The position numbers and the translations under genes were made by a program. Shown here piece by piece: positions 52,125 through 64,000 of a DNA stretch of 64,000 nt; position 1 is the stretch's first letter; each line of letters begins with the position of its first letter. The notes below the pieces were generated by a model that was not told the DNA's origin, did not search any database, and saw nothing but the letters and a program-made list of their open reading frames with translations. The stretch spans positions 5,084,001 to 5,148,000 of the forward strand of contig OZ024751.1 of assembly GCA_964016885.1 (NCBI GenBank), written 5' to 3'. The DNA is from Eledone cirrhosa (lineage: Eukaryota).

Positions 52125-53168
52125 GGTTAGCTCTCCTCTTTGTTGTTATCTTGTCTCACTCTCTTTACGCGTTTTAATTGTCCTAATAACTTAATTTATT
52201 TATTATTGCACCGACGTGAGGTATATGATTTTTAATGCAATGAAATATCTATGATCGTCGGCAAATCACTGATGAGGGACTCATTTTATTACATGTTATC
52301 CATGTGCAACCTGCAGTATTCTTCTCCCCATTTTTTCATATATATATATATATATAATTGGTGTTGGATGCTTAAAGCGTCCGTATGCGGTAGGCTATTT
52401 GAGCATTCGATGCTCTCATAGAGCGAAGGATATCGATGTAAAAGGACATAGGAAAATTTGCTTCGTAGAATCATGACGCATTTGAGCACCTTGCGATTTT
52501 CAGAGTCAGGTTCGATCATCACATCGATCGTACTTCGAGCTGGTCGCCACAAAAACGATTGTAATATGTCCAATAAATTCCATTCGTCGCAACGCTGATT
52601 CTCTTTTTTTCTGTGATATATATATATATAGGCTTGGCATCTTGTTGATACGGATGTGCTTTCCTGACCGTCGAGATTTGAAATTTTAAATCGACAGAAA
52701 TTGGAGTTATGTATAGTTGTTATTTAAAAAAAAAACAAGAAAAGCCTCTGAAAAGATAAGTATCTGTACTTTGACGCGATTATTTTACGTATATTAGCAT
52801 TTTAAATGGGTTTATTTTCACTGTGTGATATTCTTCTAAAAATATGGGACACACGTGCTTTCTTTGTCTGCCATACAGAATATAGAAAGGTAGTCAAGTA
52901 ACGTAATTTAATTTAATTTAATTTTGTATTATTTTGTTTATTTTGAGTAACATAATTTAATATAATTTAATTTTTATTTTTGACTCGGTGAGAATGTATA
53001 TTTCTGTTTTTGATATATTGATATTACAATAACTAAGGTTCACTATATACGGTTCCCGTTATTTATATTTGTAAACAAACCGATACCTACATTTAAAATC
53101 AACTTATATAAATCTTCGCGATTTTATATCTTTAACTTATTTGGGTTTCATTAATTTAATTTATTTTA

Positions 53169-53357
53169 GGGGCGGTGAATTGGCAGTATCGGTAGAGGGT
53201 TGGACGCCATGCTTTCTAGCATAGTTACGTCCCTTTACGGTCTGAGTTCAAATCCCGTCGAGGTTAACTTTGCCTTTCATCCTTATGGGGTCGATAAAAT
53301 AAAGTACCAGTAATGCACTGAGTAATTGCTGGCCTTGTGCCAAAAGTAGAAGCAATT
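53169..53357 (+). mobile_element. Full tRNA-derived SINE
   Basis: GGGGCGGTGAATTGGCAGTATCGG...GAGTTCAAATCC...core...AATTT tail. Confidence 0.88.
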
Positions 53358-53519
53358 AATTTAATTTATTTTATTTTATTTTATTTTAATTTATTCTGTC
53401 TCCTTTTATATTTCATGTTGATATTTGTTTTTCACTTTGTTTTGGTGTTTTAATCGCGAAATTTTCTTTGAACGATATTGATTATTAATATCTTTGACCG
53501 GTCCACATTGCTATTTCCC

Positions 53520-54155
<636 letters not shown>

Positions 54156-54164
54156 CTCCACAGC

Positions 54165-57100
54165 GAAATGGACTGCATACAGGGAAAAGGAGAAATTTAG
54201 AGTCAGCGAAACTATTCAAAGATGGAACTAACGGTTTTGATCAAGGGGTGGAGCTTGGCTGATGGGTCACCACCAAGCAAAAAGATTGCGGAGACCCTGA
54301 AGAACCATGAGTTTCTGAGGACTCTGGCGCTGATAGAAAGAAAAAAAAATTGAGAAGGCCTATGTCCTCATAGCACCACATATGGCGATGCTAAGCCGTG
54401 TCCTCAAGGAGGAGAAAAACGAAGAGAAAGGAAAAGAAAAAGAAAAGGAAGAAAGCACAAGCACAGACCTGAAAGAAAATGAGATACCCGCCGCCATAGT
54501 CAGGGAGGGCAGGCCGGGCAACCAACAAGCAAACGGTAAAGGTGAGAAGCGAAATCACCTTCCGAAGGAGAACCAGGGGAGAGGGACCAGTGGACAACTG
54601 TTCAAAGGAAGAACAGAAATCACCGAGACACTGGGAGCAAGAAAACCCAGGTAACCTGCAAGTTCTTCAGGAACGGGACCTGCTGGCATGGAGAGACAGG
54701 GATGGGCTGCAGATTCGCTCACTCCAATCGAACTATGCCCATCCTACACACGCAACATGCCCCAGCGAAAGCTAAAAGAAGCCGCTCCAGAAGTATGTTG
54801 ATGTCGCGCGTGCCGCTCCAACAAGGAGAAGGCACGCACATGCCGACGAGATACAGATGGCGGCAGCAGAGCAGAAACATTTTTTAGTGATGGCAGAGAA
54901 GATTGTGGGACAGCTGACCTGGCTGCATCGTTTTCAGAGCCAGGGTCACCCACACCAGCACTCGAGACCACCACAATTAAGGGACCCAGAGTGGCTGCCG
55001 CTGACACCAGGCCAGGTGTCATACCGACAGCCATTGCGGGCACCCCAAAAGTCACACCAGTGCTGCTGCTGAATGTTAGAGGCCTGGTGATACTCACTAA
55101 CATGAGTAAAATTTCCTACCTGGGAGACTTAGCCACAAGCAATCAAGAATTATGCATGGCATTCACCGAAACGCATCTGACAAACAGTATAGCAGATGCA
55201 GAAATACATCTACCGAAATATACTGTATTTCGTTCGGACAGGAAGGAGAGAACTCATGGTGGGGTTGCTTTGTATATCCGTGAAGATGTCACACCAATTG
55301 TACTGTTGAAACATTCAAACTCAGTCTGTGACACACTGATAGTACATATGAAGCAACTAAAGACAGTAATATGTGTCACATATCGGCTGCCCGATGCCCC
55401 AATCTTCTACAAGTTTAACTGGAAAAATATCAATAGAGAAATCAGGAAGCAAATATGGAGCGAAAACACCGCTACACAAGACACCAACACACAATTTCAA
55501 CACTTCATGAAAACGATACACACTATATGCAAAACGTTTGTCCCGGAGAAAAAGGCAAACAGACAGAAAAATCTTATTCCCAGAGATAGGAAAATCCTTA
55601 TGAGAAGAAGAACCAAGCTCTCAAACCAGTTGAACGCATAACAAGAAAACAAAAACAAGAATGAATCCTATTTGAAACGTGCACTACTTGACACCGATAT
55701 TGCACTTAAACTTTCCCATGAATATGAGAGGGCAAAGAAAGAAAGCAGGGCCATAGAAAATATTAAAACAAACCCTAAGGCCTTCTTTAAATTTGCAAAA
55801 GAAACTGCCTCGGTAAACTGCAAGATTGGGCCACTCTTCCATACAGACGGTTCATTAGCCGAGAATCCCCAAGAGATAAGTGAAATCCTAAACGAACAGT
55901 ACAAAAGTGTTCACATGTCCACTGAGGCACAGCAAATAACAAATCCAGAGGAGTTCTTTGATTCCACAACACTACATGCAGAAATGGCCACCATCAACCA
56001 CATAGACACCACGGAGGAGGATGTGGAATACGCCATAGATGAAATTAGAACATACTCAGCTGCTGGACCTGATGGATTCCCAGCAGCGTCTTAAAAACAT
56101 GTAAGCGGGTCTTAGCAACTCCACCGAAGACGCTCTTCAGAAGCTCCTTGGCTATCGGTATACTACCCAGGGAGCTGAAAGAAGACACAATATTCCCTAT
56201 CCATAAAGGAGGTAGCAGAGTGGAGGCTAAAAACTATAGACCAGTCTCCCTGGCGTCACATATCAGTAAGGTCATGTAGCGAATCATCAGAAAGAAACTG
56301 ATCACTTTCCTCGAGGAAAATGACCGCCTGGCTAGCACGCAGCATGGCTTTCGCCCAGGAAGAAGCTGCCTTACACAGCTGCTACATCACTACGACTGGG
56401 TACTGAAACAACTGCTACACAGTTCACATGTGGACGTGATATATCTTGACTTTGCGAAGCCCTTTGACAAGGTGGACCACGGAATGATATGTCACAAACT
56501 ACACGGTCTCGGCATAACTGGAAAAGTAGGTGAGTGGCTGCACGACTTCTTAAAGGACAGAAGCCAGACAGTCGCAGAAAACGGGGCCCTCTTAAAGGAA
56601 ACATCAATAACAAGTGGGGTGCCCCAAGGCACAGTCCTAGGGCCACTACTGTTTTTGGTGGCTCTCTCAGACATGCGCTCTGTAGTACATACAACAACAT
56701 CCCTCACTAGCTATGCTGATGACACTAAGCTAGCACATGAAATCAAAAACCCGGCTGACGCTGCCCTTTTACAACAAGATCTGGATGCCATATACAAATG
56801 GGCGGAAGACAACAACATGCAGTTTAATGCTGGCAAATTCCAAGGCCTACAATACAAACCTGCAAATACAAATACAGTACAACACAGTTACGCAGGACCA
56901 GGAGGGACCGATATCCCCGTGTCATAATTGATACGAGACCTGGGTATAGACATGAGCGATGATGCATCTTTTTCCTCACACACCATGAAAGTGGCGACAA
57001 TGTGCAGACGACTTGCTGGCTGGATCTTGAGGACTTTACAGACAAGAGACCGAGACACCATATTGACACTATGGAGGACATTTGTCCTAAGCCGCCTGGA

Positions 57101-57246
57101 CTATTACTCCCAGTTGTGGTCACGCCATAGTGTGAAACTAACCACGGAGCTTGAGGCAGTCCAGCGAAGCTACACCAAGAGGATTGCCGCGATGAATGAG
57201 ATAAGCTACTGGGAGAGGCTAAAAGAACTGTACCTCTACTCCAGGT
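54165..57246 (+). mobile_element. Decayed CR1-like LINE (ORF1 CCCH remnant, internally deleted APE, RT)
   Basis: CKFFRNGTCWHGETGMGCRFAH; LNVRGL, FTETHL, RSDR..HGGVALYIR; AAGPDG, NYRPVSL, QHGFRPGRSC, YLDFAKPFDKVDH, SGVPQGTVLGP, YADDTK; stops and frameshifts. Confidence 0.88.
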
Positions 57247-58796
57247 AGTAAGTCCATAGAATCATTTGATAAAATATATACAGTTTTTCTTCTCCCAATC
57301 AGCATAATCAACCACATAAAAAATCATTTAAACGAGGCTATAAGTTTAAAATGTACCTATAAAGACACAATAGATAAATATGTGAGAGCTATTTTATCCG
57401 CGATCCACAGCCACAGATTTACCTAGTATTTCTAATATCCCGTAGAAATTGACTAGACATAAAGGTAACCATACACAATTATGTACAAAATCAAAGTTAG
57501 AAGAAAAAATGTACATAAACATACCAAAATCATATTTCTACCCCGGAGGTTTCATTCGCTTTTTGGAAATATCCGATTATGGATGAATCAACGCGTTTCG
57601 AAATCATCAGAAAACAAACTCAGTTGGACAAAGATTTTTATTAAATGATCCCCGCCAGAAACGAATTCAAAATGGCTAATAATTGTCACATGGCCAGTGG
57701 TCAAGTCAGAAAGCTTGTGATTGGTGCCTGACAGCGAGTAGGCTGGTTGCTAGAAAGCGCAGCCGAATACTGCCTAAAGTTTTACTCAACCTGACAGGAG
57801 TATATAAAATATAGAGGTTTACATATGCATAAACTAGACAGAGCCATAGATATATATATATGTTTTAGGCAACCATTCACGGCGTGGCTCAATGACAAAT
57901 TAACTAATTAAATAATCAACAATCAGAGCAATATATAAGAAAGTAAGTCCATAGAATCATTTGATAAAATATATACAGTATTTCTTCTCCCAATCAGCAT
58001 AATCAACCACATAAAAAATCAATTAAACGAGGCTATAAGTTTAAAATGTACCTATGAAGAAACAATAGATAAATAAATAATAGCTATTTTATCCGCGATC
58101 CACAGCCACAGATTTACCTAGTATTTCTAATAGCCCGTAGAAATTGACTAGATATATAGTTAACCATACACAATTAGGTACAAAATCAAAGCTAGAAGAA
58201 AAAAATGTACATAAACATACCAAAATCATGTTTCTACCCCGGAGGTTTCATTCGCTTTTTAGAAATATCCGATCATGATAAATCAACGAGTTTCGAAATC
58301 ATCAGACAAACTCAATTGGACAAAGATTTTTCTTAAATGACCCCCGCCAGAAACGAATTCAAAATGGCTAAGAATTGTCACATGGCCAGTGGTCAAGTCA
58401 GAAAGCTTGTGATTGGTGCCTAACTTTGATTTTGTACCTAATTGTGTATGGTTAACTATACGTCTAGTCAATTTCTACGGGCTATTAGAAATACTAGGTA
58501 AATCTTCTGTGGCTGTGGATCGCGGATAAAAAGCTATTATTTATTTATCTATTCTTTCTCCATAAGTACATTTTAAACTTATAGCCTCGTTTAATTGATT
58601 TTTTTATGTGGTTGATTATGCTGATTGGGAGAAGAAATACTGTATATATTTTATCAAATGATTCTATGGACTTACTTTCTTATATATTGCTCTGATTGTT
58701 GATTATTTAATTAATTAATTCGTCATTGAGCCACACCGTGAATGGTTGCCAAAAACCTATATATCTATATATCTATGGCTCTGTCTAGTTTATGTC
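57247..58796. repeat. Non-coding ~694-bp unit in tandem followed by an inverted partial copy
   Basis: 57247-57730 matches 57941-58421; 58421-58796 is the reverse complement of ~57828-58193. Confidence 0.88.
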
Positions 58797-58828
<32 letters not shown>

Positions 58829-58879
58829 TAATTATTATATATTAATTATTATATATTAATTATTATATATTAATTATTA

Positions 58880-59800
58880 TATATTAATTATTCGATTATT
58901 AACTCGAACTACCTCTATTGTCTTATCGATCCATCTCTCAGCCAGGAAAATGCCTACTCCCCCTAACCCATCATCCTTAACTACCCAGAAAAGCTTATAA
59001 CTAAGATGTTTGCCTGCGATTAGTCTCGCAGAGGCACCTCTCCATCTCACCTCTTGCAAGCAGTACACATCCACATACCTTCTCTCCAGCATCTCCGCTA
59101 TTTCACCAGATCTACCTGTTAGAGTGCCAACATTAAGTGTGGCAACTCTGAGATGCGAAGTCTTCATATTTTTGTTGTTCCTTTTCCTGTATTGCGATTG
59201 CTTGAAGACGGTCCGGGGGTTCTCGCACATAGCCGCACCAGCCACCCCACTACCGTGCGCAGCCCTAACATGGTTAGTGCTATTGCTGTTTACGCAGTTA
59301 TTGTGATATATACTTGTTGCTGTGCTCATAATTGTTTTGGCATTAATACACTGGTTGGATGCCCTTCCTAACACCAGTGCCACTTTACAGCATGGACTGG
59401 GTGCCACCAGCACTAGAGAGGATGTCTTACTAGACTCATGGGCCCTCTCTACCCCTCCATTTTACAGCATGGTCATAACAATAATAACAATAACAATAAC
59501 AATAGTTATTAATTAATGCAACCGTGCAATGCCTGTGCGTGAAGAATATTTTTAAAGTGGGGAGAGACTTCGCACTGAGCCAATCCCACTCTCTGAGCGA
59601 CTGCAGCTATAACCCGAAAAGAAGAAAAGATCAGCATCATCGGTAACTACTGAGCCGCAGGTTTAATGTCGGAGTTAACCCAGTTTCCTGAGATGCCTTC
59701 TCCTAGAAAAATGCTCTGACAAGGGCTAGGGGTCCTTCACTCCCAGTGGTTTAACTGCGCGGTCGGGTATCCAGCCCGATTATTTCTATGTCCCCACGCA
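58880..59800 (-). mobile_element. 5' portion of an RTE LINE (5' UTR and APE endonuclease N-terminus)
   Basis: ORF 58877-59413: LRVATLNVGTLTGR, VDVYCLQEVRWRG, GVGIF, RII. Confidence 0.85.
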
Positions 59801-59955
59801 AAAAAGAAAAATAATAACATATGTATACGCATATATGTATATAATTATAGACGAATACACTCAAACGTGTGTGAGTGTTAGTAACAGTACCTTGTCAGAC
59901 GGTTGAATAGAGTTGGCTGAGATTAATAGGGAAATGAAAAATACGTGAAAGCATC

Positions 59956-60087
59956 CAGGTATGACGGCTGTTCTACACATCCCCCCTACACCAACTATTG
60001 CAGGTATGACGGCTGTTCTACACCTCCCCCTACACCAATTATTGCAGGTATGACGGCTGTTCTACCCCCCTCTACACTAACTATTAT
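59956..60087. repeat. Three copies of a ~44-bp tandem repeat
   Basis: CAGGTATGACGGCTGTTCTACAC...CCCCTACACCAACTATTG. Confidence 0.9.
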
Positions 60088-60149
60088 CAGCACGAATTAA
60101 CTGGATTATTGCAATTATGAAATAAAAAAAAAAAAAAAAAAATAAAGAA

Positions 60150-60410
60150 GTGTTAAGAGCAGTTAAAGAGGTCAAATGAAGCCGCTGGGGAAGATGAAAT
60201 CCGGTCCGTGATGTTAAGAGCCTTAAATAGAGATGGTATTCTCTGGCTGACTCGTGTGTACCGGGTGGCCTGGATCTCTGGAAACGCACCTAAGCAATGG
60301 CAATCGGGAGTGATAACCCCAGTTTTCAAAGAAGGACACAAGAAAGATTGTTCGAATTACAGAGGGATCTCCCTGTTAAACCTCACCGGTATGGACTATG
60401 CTAACCGTAT
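60150..60410 (+). pseudogene. RTE-like RT fragment
   Basis: AAGEDEI...W.SG..P..WQSGVITPVFK.G.KKDCSNYRGISLLN. Confidence 0.8.
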
Positions 60411-60619
60411 AGTGAAGTATTGCACTATATCCACATATAATATATATATATATATATATAAGTATGTACACCTACATACATATATGTATACAGACGTACA
60501 GTAGTATGTATATATATATACTGTACGTCTGTATACATATATGTATGTACGTCTACATACTAATATTTAAGTAACAGCCGTACTAAGAGTGGGAAATGAA
60601 ATTTGGTTTAATTTTTTCC

Positions 60620-60665
<46 letters not shown>

Positions 60666-60947
60666 GACGTAAAATAAGAAAATTTTAAAAATTAAAAATC
60701 AACTTACTTACTAAAATTTTCACTCCAACTAATTAGTTTCTGTAATGGGATAAATATAGTTACATAATATATATAACTATAGAGAATTCATTACGTCATC
60801 TGGAAGTCTATTCTCAGATAAGTTTCCAGGCAATGCGCGGACACTAGGAACCCATATAAAAATAATAATTCAGTAGATGGAATGAAGCTAGCGTGGACTA
60901 AATTCCGGAGCACTGAAAAAATGTCACTGCCTCTGGTATATATATAT

Positions 60948-62603
<1,656 letters not shown>

Positions 62604-62615
62604 AGAGGCAGTGAA

Positions 62616-62656
<41 letters not shown>

Positions 62657-62666
62657 AGAGGCAGTG

Positions 62667-62711
<45 letters not shown>

Positions 62712-62713
<2 letters not shown>

Positions 62714-64000
62714 GTAAACAGAAATAACAACACAATTGGTACAGTATATGGAAGGTATATATTAGGTTAACGCTTGATATACCAGGAATAGGGCCTTAAC
62801 GTTTCGAACGCTAGTCCTTCATCAGAAGAAAGAAGGAGAAATAAGACAGATTGAGGGGACGGGCGGAATGGAATTGGAAAAATGTCTTTAGATATAAATA
62901 ACAGGTCCATTCATGTTGACATCTCTTGCAAAACTGTTGGTGCTGGCGTTTTATGTATGATTTATTTTTTAGAAAAATGGATGATGGAGCGCGTCTATCT
63001 GAAATGGAGAAAAAAACGTTTTGTAAAAAGATCTATACTTGAGCACGTGCGTAAGCATGTGTTTATGTGTGTGTGTGGGGGGGGGGGCGTTTATTATACG
63101 TCCGTACGAAGCTAAGAAAAAAAGTGTGTGTATATGTGAGTAAAAGAGTGTGTGTGCATGTAAGTACGAAGCTATGAGCAAAAGTATGTTAATACAAGGG
63201 TGTGTATGTGTGTATACAGAGCAGTGAAGAGAAAAGTGGAGTGAGCATATATAGTCGGCATGTATTAGTTGTAAGAGAAGCTGCTAATGATCAAGAGAAA
63301 GCGATAGGAATCAAGGGGTGTGATAATGGACGGGGTATTAGAGAAATTGGGGAGGTGAGTTGAGTCCAAGAGGGGAATAGGACCCAAGGCGGTGAATCAG
63401 ACTTTGTTCAGTCCTGGTGCGCGAGGCCTGTGATCGATGATGTAAAAGAACACCCAGGACTGAAACATGTAGGGAAGAATGACCAGGAGAACAGAAATGA
63501 CCGGCGACAGGAGTATCCAAACCATGTCGTATGTCCCTCAAATGTTCGGCAAAACGGTCCGCCGTACGGCGTCCCGTTTGTCCGATATATAAAGACCCGC
63601 AGAGGGAACACCGGAGGGCATAGACAACGTGGGTGGATGTACAGGTGAAGGAATGGCGGATACGGAAAGACCCGTTAGGGCTTGTAAGAGTGGTGAGGGT
63701 GGAAATAAAGGGACAAGTGTTGCAGCGAGAACGGGAACAAGGATGAGAGCCGGGTGGAGTCGTGGGGGAGGACGAAAAGGAACTGCGAACCAGGAGGTCA
63801 CGGAGGTTGCGGACGCGCTTAAAAACAATAATGGGTGGGTTTGGAAAAAAGCGAGAAGTGACGGGTTCAGAAGAGAGGATACGGAAGGAACGGAGGATAT
63901 GACGCCGGAGTGGTAGGGTGAGAGGGAAAGGAACACGTGTTTTAGGAGGGCGGGCGTGAGGTGAGAAGGCTGTGGTGTGGTCTGTTTCACGGGCGCGTGT
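62712..64000 (-). mobile_element. Penelope-like family 2 (Neptune-like): linker, GIY-YIG domain and pLTR; runs off the window
   Basis: Frame of ORF 63338-63541 extended upstream: FKRVRNLRDLLVRS, CSRSRCNTCP, FTCTSTHVVYALRCSLCGSLYIGQTGR...RFAEH...VAGHF..PLGLN; hammerhead at ~62794-62829. Confidence 0.9.

Noticed and set aside
52270-52300. Hammerhead at CTGATGAGGGACTC
   Set aside because: No stem II-GAAA follows

Overview
Eukaryotic, gene-poor, repeat-saturated window. (TA)n/(CA)n/(TAA)n microsatellites and a very abundant ~190-bp tRNA-derived SINE suggest an invertebrate, probably an octopus-like cephalopod; this is inference only. No host gene could be supported, and most listed ORFs are microsatellite translations or antisense shadows. 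The window holds an intact full-length R4/Dong-type retrotransposon (1130 aa, RT plus restriction-like endonuclease, RLE) in (TAA)n, with several decayed or truncated copies. Also present: a Tx1/L1-like element in (TTA)n; a near-complete Penelope-like element (PLE) with pseudo-LTRs (pLTRs) and a second PLE family; CR1-like, RTE-like and CRE-like remnants; a non-autonomous LTR element with a perfect tRNA-Trp PBS; an internally deleted mariner; MITEs; and a 37-bp minisatellite. The most interesting signals are non-coding. (1) Many minimal hammerhead-ribozyme motifs, including a U3-A8 core variant (UUGAAAA) in two separate repeat families, mostly inside (TA)n-anchored foldback palindromes. (2) An HIV-like U_UUU_UUA -1 frameshift site joining PLE ORF1 to RT. 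(3) An RTE-derived element whose internal (TTA)n appears to have been the landing pad for both Dong and Tx1. (4) A conserved pseudoknot-like motif in RTE 5' UTRs. All RNA structures were folded by eye and are untested.
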